Shown piece after piece: positions 10,237 to 22,373 of a stretch of DNA of 64,000 bases. Position 1 is the first letter of the stretch, and each line of letters starts with the position of its first letter. Both the position numbers and the translations under genes were made by a program. The notes under the pieces are model-generated. The model ran no database searches. It saw only the letters and a program-made list of their open reading frames with translations, and was not told where the DNA came from. Source of the DNA: an uncultured delta proteobacterium (GTDB lineage: Bacteria; Myxococcota; Myxococcia; Myxococcales; Anaeromyxobacteraceae); assembly GCA_963845515.1 (NCBI GenBank), contig CAWJSR010000023.1, forward strand, positions 1-64,000, written 5' to 3'.

Positions 10237-10993
10237 GTTCCGCCTCCTCGACGAAGAGGTGCGCCGCGGCGAGGCGCCGCTCCAGATGGCCGGCGTACGC
10301 GGCGCGAGCCTCCGCCGGCGACGCGAACCGCTGGTCGTCCGAGAGCCAGGCGTCCGGCACCTTCGCCACGGCCTCCGCGATGGCTCCGCCCGCGAGCCCT
10401 TGGCCGAGCCGAGTGGAGGCGTCGGCCAGCCGGGTCGCCCAAGGCAGGAGGACGTGGTCCTTGACGAGTGGGAAGGGGAGCCGCGACTTGTCCTCGCGAC
10501 CGTCCCACGCATGCTGGAAGTAGAGCGCCGCGCCGTGGTCGATGAGCCAGAGCTGGCGGTGCCAGGTCAGGAGATTCGGGTTCCGCGGCGTGCGATCGAC
10601 GTTGGTCACGAACGCGTCGAACCATACCACCGCGGACGCCTCGTCCGCCGACGGCGCCGGGCCGCACGCAGGGTCGAAGGTGATGCTGCCGGGGAGGTAG
10701 TCGAGGCCGAGGTTCAGCCCGGCGCTCCCCTTGAGCAGGTCGCGGATCTCCGCGTCAGGCTCGTTCCTGCCGAGCGCTGGGTCCACGTGGATGGCGACGA
10801 TCTCCGGCACGCGCAGCCCGGCGGCCCGCGCCAGCTCGGCGGAGATCACCTCGGCGACCAGGGCCTTCACCCCCTGCCCGGCGGCGCGGAACTTCACGAC
10901 GTAGAGCCCCTGATCGTCCGCCTCGAAGATGGCGGGCATGGACCCGCCCTCGCGGAGGGGGGTGACGTAGCGGGTGGCGGTGGTTCTTCTCAT
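10214..10993 (-). CDS. HipA-like (PI3/4-kinase-like) protein kinase
   Basis: RYVTPLREGGSMP, YVVKF, EVISAELA, DAFVTNVDR..NPNLL, LIDHGAAL; ATG overlaps the TetR stop. Confidence 0.85.
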   Translation of the reverse strand: MRRTTATRYVTPLREGGSMPAIFEADDQGLYVVKFRAAGQGVKALVAEVISAELARAAGLRVPEIVAIHVDPALGRNEPDAEIRDLLKGSAGLNLGLDYLPGSITFDPACGPAPSADEASAVVWFDAFVTNVDRTPRNPNLLTWHRQLWLIDHGAALYFQHAWDGREDKSRLPFPLVKDHVLLPWATRLADASTRLGQGLAGGAIAEAVAKVPDAWLSDDQRFASPAEARAAYAGHLERRLAAAHLFVEEAERARARLL

Positions 10994-11682
10994 CTGCGTC
11001 GCGTCCGTCGCGTGGTCGAGGCGGGGAGAGTCTCCCGACCGGCGGGGTGAAGTCCACGGTAGAGCACGGCGCTGGCGCGCCGGTAGAGCTCCTCGATCGC
11101 TCCGCGATCGGACGGGAGGATCGCTCCGAGGTGCCCCTCGATCACCAGCGCGGCGAGCCCGTGAGTCATGGCGGCGGTGGTGAGCCCCAGCTCCAGCGGA
11201 TCCCCGTCGCGGATGGCGCCGGCCTGCTGGCACGCCACCAGGCTCTCGAGCAGCAAGGCGTTCACGCGCCCCCACGCCTCGGCGAGCCCCGGGTAGCGAT
11301 CCTTCTGGGCGGTCGCCCGCCCGAACATCACGCGGAAGCGTGCCGGGTCGGCGACGTAGAACTCGAAGCAGGCGAGCCCCTGCGCCCGCAGCCGCAGGCG
11401 GGGGTCGGGATCCCCGGCCGCCGGCAGCCGCTCCAGGCGGCCCTGCAGGGCGGCGAAGCCCTCCTCGGCGACGGCGGCGAGGAGCGCCTCCCGCGTCTGG
11501 AAGTGGCGGTAGGGCGCGGTCTGGCTGACGCCGACCCGGCGAGCCGCCTCCCGCAGCGTGAACCCATCGGCGCCGCGCTCGCGCACGAGCGCCAGCGCAG
11601 CCTCGACGAGCGCGCGCCGTAGATCGCCGTGGTGGTAAGGGGCCGGGCGCTTCGGACGTCGGGGTGGCGTGGAAGTTGACAT
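10990..11682 (-). CDS. TetR/AcrR family transcriptional regulator
   Basis: YHHGDLRRALV..FTLREAARRVGVSQTAPYRHF HTH; WHG-type C-terminal domain (THG). Confidence 0.92.
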   Translation of the reverse strand: MSTSTPPRRPKRPAPYHHGDLRRALVEAALALVRERGADGFTLREAARRVGVSQTAPYRHFQTREALLAAVAEEGFAALQGRLERLPAAGDPDPRLRLRAQGLACFEFYVADPARFRVMFGRATAQKDRYPGLAEAWGRVNALLLESLVACQQAGAIRDGDPLELGLTTAAMTHGLAALVIEGHLGAILPSDRGAIEELYRRASAVLYRGLHPAGRETLPASTTRRTRRR

Positions 11683-11723
11683 CGTCAACTCTCATACGGT
11701 AGCCATGTTAGCGCTGTCAACAT
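11674..11723. promoter_or_regulatory. Two TetR-type operator palindromes in a divergent promoter
   Basis: AGTTGAC-ATC-GTCAACT (11674-11690, perfect) and ATGTTAGC-GCT-GTCAACAT (11705-11723, imperfect); each contains a TTGACA, on opposite strands. Confidence 0.7.
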
Positions 11724-11745
11724 TGCCGCGCCACCCGGAGACGCC

Positions 11746-12666
11746 ATGCAGGCACCGCTCACCCTCCCGCTCACCCCCGTGCTCGCCGCTGGCGCGATCG
11801 ATCCGCCGCCCGCCGTCGTCGCGACGAGGCGCGGCCCCGTCGAGTACGTCTCGGTCGGGGAGGGGCCCGCCGTGCTCGCGCTGCACGGGGCGATGGGCGG
11901 TCACGACCAGGCCCTGCTGCTCGCGCGGACGCTGGGCGAGGCCGGCTACCGCTACGTCGCGCTCTCACGTCCGGGCTACCTCGGCACGCCGCTCACGGCC
12001 GGGCGAAGCCCCGAGGAGCAGGCCGACCTGTACGCGGAGGTGCTGGACGCGCTCGGCATCGAGGTCGCGGCGGTCATGGCGGTCTCGGGAGGTGGTCCGT
12101 CGGCGATCCACTTCGCGCTCCGCCACCCGGCGCGCTGCCGGGCGCTGGTCCTCGCGTCGACCACGGGGGCGCGGGTCGAGGACCGCCCCCCGCTCGCCTT
12201 CTACCTGCTCCCGTTGCTGGTGCGCTGGCCGGGCTTCGAGCGGCGCGCGCGGTCCGCGACGGAGCGGGACCCGGTCGCGGCCGCCCGCCGGTCGGTGACC
12301 GACCCGGGGCTCCTCCGCCGGCTCACCGCTGACGCGGAGGCGTGGGGGCTCTTCCAGAGGCTGACGCTCAGCACGAGCGACCGGATGGCCCAGCGGCTGG
12401 CAGGCACCTTCAACGACGTCGCCGTGTCCCGCGCGCGGGAGTACCCACTCGAGCGGATCGCGGTCCCGACCCTGGTGCTCCACGGTACGAGGGATCCGCT
12501 CGTTCCCTTCGAGCGGCACGGCAAGGCGTTGGCCACGAGGATTCCCGGCGCGAGGCTGCTCCCGCTCGAGGGAGGCGAGCACCCCGCCATCTTCACGCAC
12601 CGGGACGAGGCACGGGGGACCGTGACGGCGTTCCTGAGGGCGCACGCGCGCCCCGCCTCCGGGTAG
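11746..12666 (+). CDS. Alpha/beta hydrolase
   Basis: LHGAMGG, AVSGGG nucleophile elbow, HGTRDPLV, GEH. Confidence 0.9.
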   Translation: MQAPLTLPLTPVLAAGAIDPPPAVVATRRGPVEYVSVGEGPAVLALHGAMGGHDQALLLARTLGEAGYRYVALSRPGYLGTPLTAGRSPEEQADLYAEVLDALGIEVAAVMAVSGGGPSAIHFALRHPARCRALVLASTTGARVEDRPPLAFYLLPLLVRWPGFERRARSATERDPVAAARRSVTDPGLLRRLTADAEAWGLFQRLTLSTSDRMAQRLAGTFNDVAVSRAREYPLERIAVPTLVLHGTRDPLVPFERHGKALATRIPGARLLPLEGGEHPAIFTHRDEARGTVTAFLRAHARPASG

Positions 12667-12675
12667 ACTCCGGGG

Positions 12676-13503
12676 ATGACGAACCGCCCCCCAGCCACCT
12701 TCGACGAGGTCGCCTCCCGCTACGAGCGAAACGCCGTCGCACAGCGGGAGGCCGGCGAGCGGCTGATCGCGATGCTCGAGCTGGGCGGGAGCGAGGACGT
12801 GCTCGACGTCGGCTGCGGGACCGGCCACATGGCTGCGATCCTGCGCGAGCGCACCACCGGCGCCATCCTCGGCCTGGATCCGTCGCCCGAGATGATCGCC
12901 GTCGCGCGGGCGCGCGCGCTCCCGAACGCCCGGTTCGAGGTGAAGGCGGCCGAGGAGGTGGACTCGGTCGCGGCCTTCGACGCCGTGACGTGCAACTCCG
13001 CCCTGCAGTGGTTCCGGGATCCCGAGGGGGCGCTGCGCCGGATGGCGTGGGCGCTCCGGCCGGGCGGCCGGCTCGCGCTCCAGGCGCCGGCGACGGCGCG
13101 CTACGTCCCTGCCTTCGTCGACGCGATGGCAGAGGTCGCGCGCCACCCGGACACCGCCGCGGCCTTCGCCGGGTGGCGCTCCCCGTGGATCTTCCTCGGC
13201 ACCGCCGAGGAGTACGGCGAGCTGGTCGAGCGGGCCGGCTTCCGGGTGCGCCACGCGCAGATCGAGCCGCAGATCATCCGCACGGACGCCGCCGGGATCA
13301 TGACGGTCTTCGAGTCGGCCGCGTCGGCCGGGTACTTCGGTCCGGCACATCACCCGGCGCCGCTCGAGCCGACCTTCGTCGCGCGCGCGAAGGAGATCGT
13401 CGGCGCCCACTTCGAGAAGCTGGCGGCGGGGCGGCGCGACTTCGAGCTCGTCACCCACCGCGTCTGGATCCTCGCCGATCTCTCCGCCGCGCCGCCGCCT
13501 TGA
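12676..13503 (+). CDS. Class I SAM-dependent methyltransferase
   Basis: VLDVGCGTG, LDPSPEM, FDAVTCNSALQW, LRPGG. Confidence 0.9.
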   Translation: MTNRPPATFDEVASRYERNAVAQREAGERLIAMLELGGSEDVLDVGCGTGHMAAILRERTTGAILGLDPSPEMIAVARARALPNARFEVKAAEEVDSVAAFDAVTCNSALQWFRDPEGALRRMAWALRPGGRLALQAPATARYVPAFVDAMAEVARHPDTAAAFAGWRSPWIFLGTAEEYGELVERAGFRVRHAQIEPQIIRTDAAGIMTVFESAASAGYFGPAHHPAPLEPTFVARAKEIVGAHFEKLAAGRRDFELVTHRVWILADLSAAPPP

Positions 13504-13576
13504 GCGGCCGATCTGCGGATGCCTTGCGGCCAGCCCATTCGCGCCTACTCTCTGACCTGGAACCCTGGAGCATCCG

Positions 13577-14563
13577 ATGAGAGCAGTCCTGCTGAGCGGC
13601 TTCGGTGGCATCGACGTCCTGAAGATCGGCGAGGCGCCTTGCCCGAAGCCGGCCGAGGGGCAGGTGCTGGTGAAGGTGGTCGCGACCTCCATCAACCGGC
13701 CGGATCTCGTGCAGCGCGAGGGGAAGTACCCGCCGCCACCCGGCGACTCCGACATCCTCGGCCTGGAGGTCGCGGGGACCATCGAGGAGCTGGGGCCGGG
13801 CGTCACCGGCTGGAAGGCGGGCGACCGCGTCCTCTCCCTCGTCGGCGGCGGCGCGTACGCCGAGTACGCCGTCGCGTACGCGAGCCACCTGATGGCGATC
13901 CCGGCCTCCATGAGCTTCGAGGAGGCGGCCTGCGTCTGTGAGTCGTCCATCACCGCGTTCCTCAACGTCTTCATGATCGGCGGCCTGAAGGACGGGAACA
14001 CGGCCATCCTCCACGGCGGCGGCGGCGGGGTGAACACCGCGGCGATCCAGCTCTGCAAGGCGCTGGCGCCGAGGACGAAGCTCATCGTCACCGCGAGCCC
14101 CGCGAAGGGCGAGCGGGTGAAGCAGCTCGGGGCCGACCTCGTCATCGACTACACGACGACCCCCGACTTCTCGGAGCTCGTGAAGGAGTTCACGGCCAAG
14201 AAGGGGGTCGACGTCATCCTCGATCACGTCGGCGCGAAGTACCTCGCCCCCAACATGAGCTCGCTCGGCTACGCGGGTCGGCTCGTCGTCATCGGCGTCG
14301 TCTCCGGCATCAAGGCGGAGCTGAACCTGGCGCTCATGATGGTGAAGCGGCAGCAGATCATCGGCTCGGTGCTCCGCTCGCGACCCGTGAAGGACAAGGC
14401 CGAGATCGTCGCCGAGTTCACGAGGACGGCGCTGCCGAAGTTCGCCGACCGGACCATCGTCCCGATCATCGAGAAGGTCTTCCCGCTCGACCAGGTCGTG
14501 GAGGCCCACCGGATGATGGAGGAGGACCGCCACTTCGGGAAGATCGTGCTGAAGATCGCGTAG
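13577..14563 (+). CDS. NAD(P)H-quinone oxidoreductase (zeta-crystallin/PIG3 family)
   Basis: INRPDLVQREGKYPPPPG, LGLEVAG, HGGGGGVN, HFGKIVL. Confidence 0.92.
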   Translation: MRAVLLSGFGGIDVLKIGEAPCPKPAEGQVLVKVVATSINRPDLVQREGKYPPPPGDSDILGLEVAGTIEELGPGVTGWKAGDRVLSLVGGGAYAEYAVAYASHLMAIPASMSFEEAACVCESSITAFLNVFMIGGLKDGNTAILHGGGGGVNTAAIQLCKALAPRTKLIVTASPAKGERVKQLGADLVIDYTTTPDFSELVKEFTAKKGVDVILDHVGAKYLAPNMSSLGYAGRLVVIGVVSGIKAELNLALMMVKRQQIIGSVLRSRPVKDKAEIVAEFTRTALPKFADRTIVPIIEKVFPLDQVVEAHRMMEEDRHFGKIVLKIA

Positions 14564-14675
14564 CAGCAGGCCGTCCGGCTCTACGTCCCGGTGACGGGCG
14601 GGTCGATGATGCTGTAGCCGCCCGTGCCTCGTTCGGGCCGTTGCAGCGTGCCCCCAGCGCGCATAGGTCAGGTCC

Positions 14676-15332
14676 ATGTTCGTCGGCCACTTCGGCGTAG
14701 CCCTCGCGGCGAAGCGCGTCGCGCCACGCACCTCGCTCGGCACGCTCATCGCCGCCAGCTCCTTCATCGACCTCCTCTGGCCGATCTTCCTGCTCACGGG
14801 GGTCGAGCGGGTGCGGATCGATCCCGGGGGCGGGCCGTTCACGCGGCTCGCCTTCGAGTCCTACCCGATCTCCCACAGCGCGCTCCTCGTCGCATGGTGG
14901 GCGGCGGCCTTCGGCGCCCTCTATCTCTGGCGGACCGGCTACCGGGCGGGCGCGCTCGTCACCGGGGCGCTCGTCGCGAGCCACTGGCTCGTCGATCTCG
15001 CCGCGCACCTGCCGGACCTGCCGCTCTGGCCGGGAGGGCCGAAGGTCGGGCTCGGGCTCTGGAGCCTCACGGGCGTCGCGGTCGCCGTGGAGCTCGCGAT
15101 CTTCGCCGCGGGGATCGCGCTCTACGTGACCGGGACGCGCACCAGGACCCGGGCCGGGAGCTGGGGCTTCGCCGGCTTCGTCGCGATGCTGCTCTTCACC
15201 TACGTCGCGAGCATCGTCGCGCCTGCCCCGCCGAGCGTCACCGCGATCGGCGTCTCCGCCTTGATCGGCAGCGCGCTCACGATCGCATGGGCCGCCTGGG
15301 CCGATCGCGGGCGCGCCGTCAGGGTCGGCTGA
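14676..15332 (+). CDS. Membrane metal-dependent hydrolase-like protein
   Basis: MFVGHFG, DLLWP, SHS, SHWLVDL motifs with several TM segments. Confidence 0.75.
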   Translation: MFVGHFGVALAAKRVAPRTSLGTLIAASSFIDLLWPIFLLTGVERVRIDPGGGPFTRLAFESYPISHSALLVAWWAAAFGALYLWRTGYRAGALVTGALVASHWLVDLAAHLPDLPLWPGGPKVGLGLWSLTGVAVAVELAIFAAGIALYVTGTRTRTRAGSWGFAGFVAMLLFTYVASIVAPAPPSVTAIGVSALIGSALTIAWAAWADRGRAVRVG

Positions 15333-15335
15333 GCT

Positions 15336-16088
15336 TCACGCCAGCTCCAGGAGCAGCCCGGTCTTCAGCCTCTCCGGCGGCGTGCGCCGCGGGTCCGTCA
15401 GGTAGATCTCCAGGTGGGCGTCGCCGCCAGCTCGGCCGGCCTCTGCGAGCACGGCGCGGAGCTTCTCGAAGCTCGCCGGCTCGTCGGCGTAGTGGCCCAC
15501 GTGGAGCACGCGCCCCATCGTGGCGGCCGGCACGCGCTCGAGCGCGACGCGGCGCGCGTCGGCGCTCCCCTCGAGCTTGCCTCCCTTCTTCATCGTGGCC
15601 GCCTGGATGACGTCCGCGACCTCGTGCTCCGTCACGTCGACCGGGACGGCGATCCGGAGCCGCCAGCGCCACGTCTCACGCGGGGGCACGCCCTCCGTGC
15701 TGGCGGCGTGGACCCCCTCCGCCCACCAGCGCCCCTCGAGCGGCCCGATCTTGAAGTCTCCCCCAGCGGGCTTGCGGGCGAACTTGAGCGTGTAGGCGAC
15801 GCCGTAGAGCGCGCCGACGCTCCGCTTGAACGGCTCCAGCTCCGGCCCGCCGGCGCCTTCGATCGACAGGACGGTCCGGGCTGGGACGTCCACGACGTCG
15901 GGCAGCCTCCTGGCGGTGAGGAGCGCCGGGGGCATCGGGAGCGAGGCGGCGCTCGCCTTGCGCGCCGGCGCCGGCTTCGCGCGCGCCGGCTTCTCACGCT
16001 TCGGCCTGGCACTGGCCGGCCTGTCACGCTTCGCCCTCGTGCTCGTCTTCTTCGCCTTGGACCCCGCACGCCTCTTGGCAGCCGCCAT
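15336..16088 (-). CDS. GyrI-like small-molecule-binding domain protein
   Basis: LYGVAYTLKF, PLEGRWW, LHVGHYADE, HLEIYLTDPRRT; basic low-complexity N-terminus. Confidence 0.85.
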   Translation of the reverse strand: MAAAKRRAGSKAKKTSTRAKRDRPASARPKREKPARAKPAPARKASAASLPMPPALLTARRLPDVVDVPARTVLSIEGAGGPELEPFKRSVGALYGVAYTLKFARKPAGGDFKIGPLEGRWWAEGVHAASTEGVPPRETWRWRLRIAVPVDVTEHEVADVIQAATMKKGGKLEGSADARRVALERVPAATMGRVLHVGHYADEPASFEKLRAVLAEAGRAGGDAHLEIYLTDPRRTPPERLKTGLLLELA

Positions 16089-16249
16089 CGTCGCCTCCGG
16101 GTGATGTCTGCGCGCCATCATGGCATCGCCGTGGCCGGCGCTGGCCGTCCCCGGTGGGGGTTGCTCCCCGCTCGCTGCCGCCATTTCCCGGAGGGTGGCC
16201 GCCGCGTAGAATGTGCGGCCATTTCCCCCGCGGGAGCCGAGGAGCAAAC

Positions 16250-18221
16250 ATGAAGAACCTCTGGAGCGACGTCGACGCCGCGCAGTTCACCGGCGACCTC
16301 GGGCTGCGCATCTACACGTCGCGCCTGCTCGGGCGGGAGCCCTCGCTGGTCCTCCACGGCGGCGGGAACACCTCGGTGAAGATCGCCGAGACGGAACCTG
16401 GTCGGCCGTGAGGAGACGATCCTCTACGTGAAGGGGAGCGGCGGCGACCTCGCGAAGATCGAGGCGTCGGGCTTCTCGCCGGTCCGGATGGACCACCTGC
16501 TCGCGCTCGCGAAGCTCCCCGCGCTCTCCGACCCGCAGATGGTCAACGAGCTCCGCACCCACATGACGCGGGCCAGCGCGCCGACGCCGTCCGTCGAGGC
16601 GATCCTCCACGCCCTCCTCCCCTTCAAGTTCGTCGACCACACGCACGCCGACGCCATCGTCACCCTCACCAACTCGCCGGGTGGCGCCGACCGGATCCGG
16701 GAGGTCTTCGGCGACACCGTCGTCGTGATCCCGTACGTGATGCCCGGGTTCGACCTGGCCCGCGCGTGCGCCGAGCGCTACGCGGCCGCGCCGCAGACCG
16801 TCGGCATGGTCCTGATGAACCACGGGATCTTCTCCTTCGGCGAGACGGCGCGCGAGTCCTACGACCGGATGATCGCGCTCGTCACGCGCGCGGAGGAGCA
16901 CCTCGCCGCGCAAGCGCGCCTGGAGCCTGCCGCCGTCGCCGTCCGCGGCGCGCGCGCCCGTTCGCCCGGCGCGAGGTGGCGTCGCTGCGCGCCGCCATCT
17001 CGCGCGCCGCCGGGTTCCCCGCGCTGCTCGCGGTGCACGACGACGACCGGAGCCTCGCCTTCGCGCGGCGCGGTGACGTGGCGGCGCTCTCGCAGCGGGG
17101 GCCGGCGACGCCCGACCACGTCATCCGCACCAAGCGGGTGCCGCTGCTCGGCCGCGACGTGGAGGGGTACGTGGCGGCCTACCGCGCGCTACTTCGAGGA
17201 GCACGCGCCGAAGGCGCGCGAGCCGAAGACGATGCTCGATCCTGCGCCGCGCGTCGTGCTCGACGCGGAGCTGGGGGTCGGCGCCGTCGGCCGCTCGGCG
17301 AAGGAGGCGGCCATCGTCTTCGACGTCTACGGCCACACGATGGACATCATCGAGCGGGCCACCCTGCTCGGCGGCTGGCAGGCGCTCCCGGCGAAGGAGC
17401 TCTTCGACGTCGAGTACTGGGACCTGGAGCAGGCGAAGCTCCGCGCGGCGGGTGCGCCGCTCCCGCTCGCCGGTGAGGTCGCGCTCGTGACGGGCGCCGC
17501 CTCCGGGATCGGCAAGGCCGTCGTGGACTCGCTCCTGGCGCGCGGCGCCGCCGTGGTGGGGCTCGACCTGAACCCCGCCATCGAGAAGCTCCACGCCCGC
17601 CCCGACTTCGTGGGGGTGGCGTGCGACGTGACGAGCGCCGAGCAGCTCTCGCACGCCCTCGACGCGACCGTCCGGGCCTTCGGCGGGCTCGACATGCTGG
17701 TGCTGAACGCCGGGATCTTCCCTGGCGGCCGTCGCATCGAGGAGCTGGGGGACGAGGAGTGGAGGCGGGTGCTCCACGTGAACCTGGATGCAAACCTCGC
17801 GCTCATGCGCGAGACGCAGCCGCTGCTCGCGCTCGCGCCGCGGGGCGGCAGGGTCGTGGTGGTGGGGTCGAAGAACGTCCCGGCCCCGGGGCCGGGCGCG
17901 GCCGCCTACTCGGCGTCGAAGGCCGCCCTCACTCAGCTCGCCCGCGTCGCCGCGCTGGAGTGGGGGGCGAGCGGCATCCGCGTCAACACGCTCCACCCCG
18001 ACGCGGTCTTCGACACCGGGATCTGGACGCCCGAGGTGCTCGCCGCCCGCGCGAAGAGCTACGGGATGACGGTCGAGCAGTACAAGACCAAGAACGTGCT
18101 CCGGACCGAGGTCCGGTCTGTCGACGTGGCCGAGCTGGCGGCCGAGCTGTGCGGGTCGCTCTTCGCGAAGACGACCGGCGCGCAGATCCCGGTCGACGGC
18201 GGGAACGACCGGGTGATCTGA
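16250..18221 (+). CDS. Bifunctional class II aldolase / short-chain dehydrogenase (RhaD-like), frameshifted
   Basis: LHGGGNTSVK, PSVEAILH, VDHTHAD, TPDHVIRTK, EYWDLEQAKL, VTGAASGIG, YSASKAA, VDGGNDR. Confidence 0.9.
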
Positions 18222-18228
18222 ACGCAGG

Positions 18229-18258
18229 ACGGCCCGCGGGAGCTCTCCCGCGGGCCGT
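18229..18258. terminator. GC-rich hairpin between convergent genes
   Basis: ACGGCCCGCGGGAG-CT-CTCCCGCGGGCCGT, 14-bp perfect stem; no clear U-tract. Confidence 0.55.
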
Positions 18259-18273
18259 GGAATTCCAGGCCTT

Positions 18274-18330
18274 CCCCCTCACCAGCCCCTCCCCCAACGG
18301 GTTGGGGGAGAGGTGAGCTCAGGGGTGAGG
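18274..18330. repeat. REP-like palindromic element, copy 2
   Basis: CCCCCTCACC-AGC-CCCTCCCCCAAC-GG-GTTGGGGGAGAGG..GGGGTGAGG. Confidence 0.65.
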
Positions 18331-18339
18331 CAGGGGCGA

Positions 18340-20323
<1,984 letters not shown>

Positions 20324-20394
20324 GAGTTGGCTCCTTACTCGTGGGTTTGCCCGCCCGCTGGGCGGGGTGGTGAAAAGAGGTCGTGTGAACTCCG

Positions 20395-20421
20395 TTGGCA
20401 GACGACCGGGCCGACTGCCAG
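20395..20421 (-). promoter_or_regulatory. CIRCE-like (HrcA) operator upstream of groES
   Basis: TTGGCAGAC-N9-GACTGCCAG versus consensus TTAGCACTC-N9-GAGTGCTAA; correct 9-9-9 geometry just downstream of the promoter. Confidence 0.65.
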
Positions 20422-20431
20422 CGGCGAGCGA

Positions 20432-20459
20432 ACAATAATCACGCTTGAGGGGCTGTCAA
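20432..20459 (-). promoter_or_regulatory. Putative sigma70 promoter of groESL
   Basis: Minus strand TTGACA-N16-TATTGT. Confidence 0.55.
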
Positions 20460-20493
20460 GCGACGGCAGCGATTTAGCAAGCTACCGGGATGG

Positions 20494-21072
20494 CTAGCGT
20501 TTATCTGGCTTCGCTGGCAGTCGATGTGTTGGACTGCTCGCCGCCCGGTCGCGGCAGCGCCGGTTCTCGCAGGCGAGCCCCCGCTCGCAGTTCGCCTCGC
20601 CCGCACAGGACTCCCCGTCCCGGCTAAGCCGAAGGGTGGGGGGCTCGGCGAGGAAGGCCGCGAGCAGGGCGACCTCGTCGGCCTCGACGGTGTCGAGATC
20701 GGCCGGGGCGCGAGGAGCATCCCAGAAGCGGAGGGAGGGGTCGAAGAGCTGCCGGGAGAGCACGGCGACGGCGTGCCCCCCTTCCAGCTTCAGGATGAGC
20801 GTGTCGCGGCCGAGGCACTCGCCGATGCCGCAGGCGACCTGCCCCTCCCGCGTGCGCGTCAGGATGAGGCCGCGCGGCGCGTCGTAGAACGCCAGCTCGA
20901 AGCCGCGCTCCTTGACCGCCTGCAGCGCGCGCTCCGTGGTCGCCTTCGCGGTGAGCTGATCGAAGGCGCCGTGAGCGGGGCGCGGCGTGACGCGCGGCGC
21001 TGCGCACGAGGCCGCGAGGCAGCCGAGGAGCGCCAGTGGCGCGGCTCTGGAGAGTAGGGACGGCGCGCGCAT
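20494..21072 (-). CDS. Hypothetical lipoprotein with Cys-rich C-terminus
   Basis: Lipobox-like LAASC; C-terminal [18 protein letters not shown]. Confidence 0.65.
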   Translation of the reverse strand: MRAPSLLSRAAPLALLGCLAASCAAPRVTPRPAHGAFDQLTAKATTERALQAVKERGFELAFYDAPRGLILTRTREGQVACGIGECLGRDTLILKLEGGHAVAVLSRQLFDPSLRFWDAPRAPADLDTVEADEVALLAAFLAEPPTLRLSRDGESCAGEANCERGLACENRRCRDRAASSPTHRLPAKPDKR

Positions 21073-21138
21073 GGCCGGGAAAAGGCGAGGGGGGCCACCC
21101 GGTGAGGCGCCCCCCGTCGGCTGACCGGACTCCTGGTG

Positions 21139-21405
21139 CTACCGGAGCGTCCGGGTCTGGCCGGCCGAGACGGTCACCTTCTCGGAGTCGAACTTGCCGG
21201 CGAGCGCGTCGCGCACGCTCCGGTCGAAGCGGACCTTGCCCGTCGCGATCTCGCGGAGCGAGAGGACGTTCGGCTTGTTCTTGGAGGTCGGGATGAGGGG
21301 GCGGGCGCCGGCCATCAGCTGCCGCGTGCGCTTCGTCGCGAGGAGGACGAGCGAGAAGCGGTTCTCGACCATGGGGAGGCAGTCTTCGACGGTTACGCGG
21401 GCCAT
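21139..21405 (-). CDS. rpoZ: RNA polymerase omega subunit
   Basis: [37 protein letters not shown]. Confidence 0.97.
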   Translation of the reverse strand: MARVTVEDCLPMVENRFSLVLLATKRTRQLMAGARPLIPTSKNKPNVLSLREIATGKVRFDRSVRDALAGKFDSEKVTVSAGQTRTLR

Positions 21406-21475
21406 GCGGGACCTTCCTTTGATGTTCAGCGAGCGCGATACATAGACGACCGGGGGGGCAAGATCAACCCGGCGC

Positions 21476-22360
21476 CTACCTGCCGCTCCAGAACGAGCCC
21501 GAGCCGGCACGGTCCTTGCGGAGGTCCATTCCCGGGTCGAGCTTCACGAACGTGCACATCTCGTTGAGCCTCGAGAAGATCCGGTCGCCCACGCGCTGCG
21601 CGAGCGTCATCGACTCGGCCTCGCGCTGGAAGTCGGGGGAGCGGGTGTTCTTGTAGCCCCCCGGCTGCTCCGGCACGACGCGCGGCTCCAGGAAGTAGTT
21701 GGTGGCGAAGAGCGTCGCCTGCCCGGAGTTGAAGCGGCGGCTGATCAGCTCGTCCAGCATCGACCGCTCCCACTCGGTCCCGCGCTCCTTGCCCAGCTCG
21801 TCTATGGCGAGGACGGGGACCGCGAGGAGCGGCCGCAGGATCTCCATGTGGCTGCGGCCGCCGTCGAACCCGGCCTTGATGTCCGAGAGGAGGAGCATGA
21901 ACTCGACGTAGCGCCCGCCGATCCCCTTCTCCAGCGCAAGGTACCGGAGGGTCGCGACCAGCAGGTGCGTCTTGCCGGCGCCGGGCCTGCCGTAGAGGAG
22001 GAACCCCTTGGTGGGCTGGTCCCTGCGGAACTTGCGCGCGAAGTCCTCCGTCACCGTCTTGGCCTGCACCGCCTGGGGGGACCAGGCGCCAAAGGTCTCG
22101 TAGGACGCGTTCGCGACCGCCGCGGGGATCCCGACCTTGTTGAAGAGGGCGATCCGCTCGTCGAGGTGGCGGCAGGAGCAGGTCTGCGCCACGTTGGACG
22201 CACCGGAGGCGATGAGCACGAAGCCCGTCTCGTGGCAGCGCGGGCACTCGGACTGGCAGGTGCAGCGGCGGGCGCGGGCGGCTGAGCCGAGGATCTGCTC
22301 GACGAGGTAGCCTGACCCGCGGCAGGTGGGGCAGGCCGAGCTTTCGGTGGGACCCGGCAT
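21476..22360 (-). CDS. DnaC/DnaI/IstB-like AAA+ ATPase with Cys-rich N-terminus
   Basis: CPTC..CTC..CPRC..CSC; Walker A GRPGAGKT; Walker [22 protein letters not shown]. Confidence 0.85.
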   Translation of the reverse strand: MPGPTESSACPTCRGSGYLVEQILGSAARARRCTCQSECPRCHETGFVLIASGASNVAQTCSCRHLDERIALFNKVGIPAAVANASYETFGAWSPQAVQAKTVTEDFARKFRRDQPTKGFLLYGRPGAGKTHLLVATLRYLALEKGIGGRYVEFMLLLSDIKAGFDGGRSHMEILRPLLAVPVLAIDELGKERGTEWERSMLDELISRRFNSGQATLFATNYFLEPRVVPEQPGGYKNTRSPDFQREAESMTLAQRVGDRIFSRLNEMCTFVKLDPGMDLRKDRAGSGSFWSGR

Positions 22361-22373
22361 CGGGCGCGGGAGT

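Noticed and set aside
10214..11695. 493-aa ORF as a long kinase
   Set aside because: Its first half is an alternate frame of the TetR gene; the kinase starts at 10993.
21476..22360. IS21 element (IstB)
   Set aside because: No IstA transposase or terminal inverted repeats; the context is core genes.
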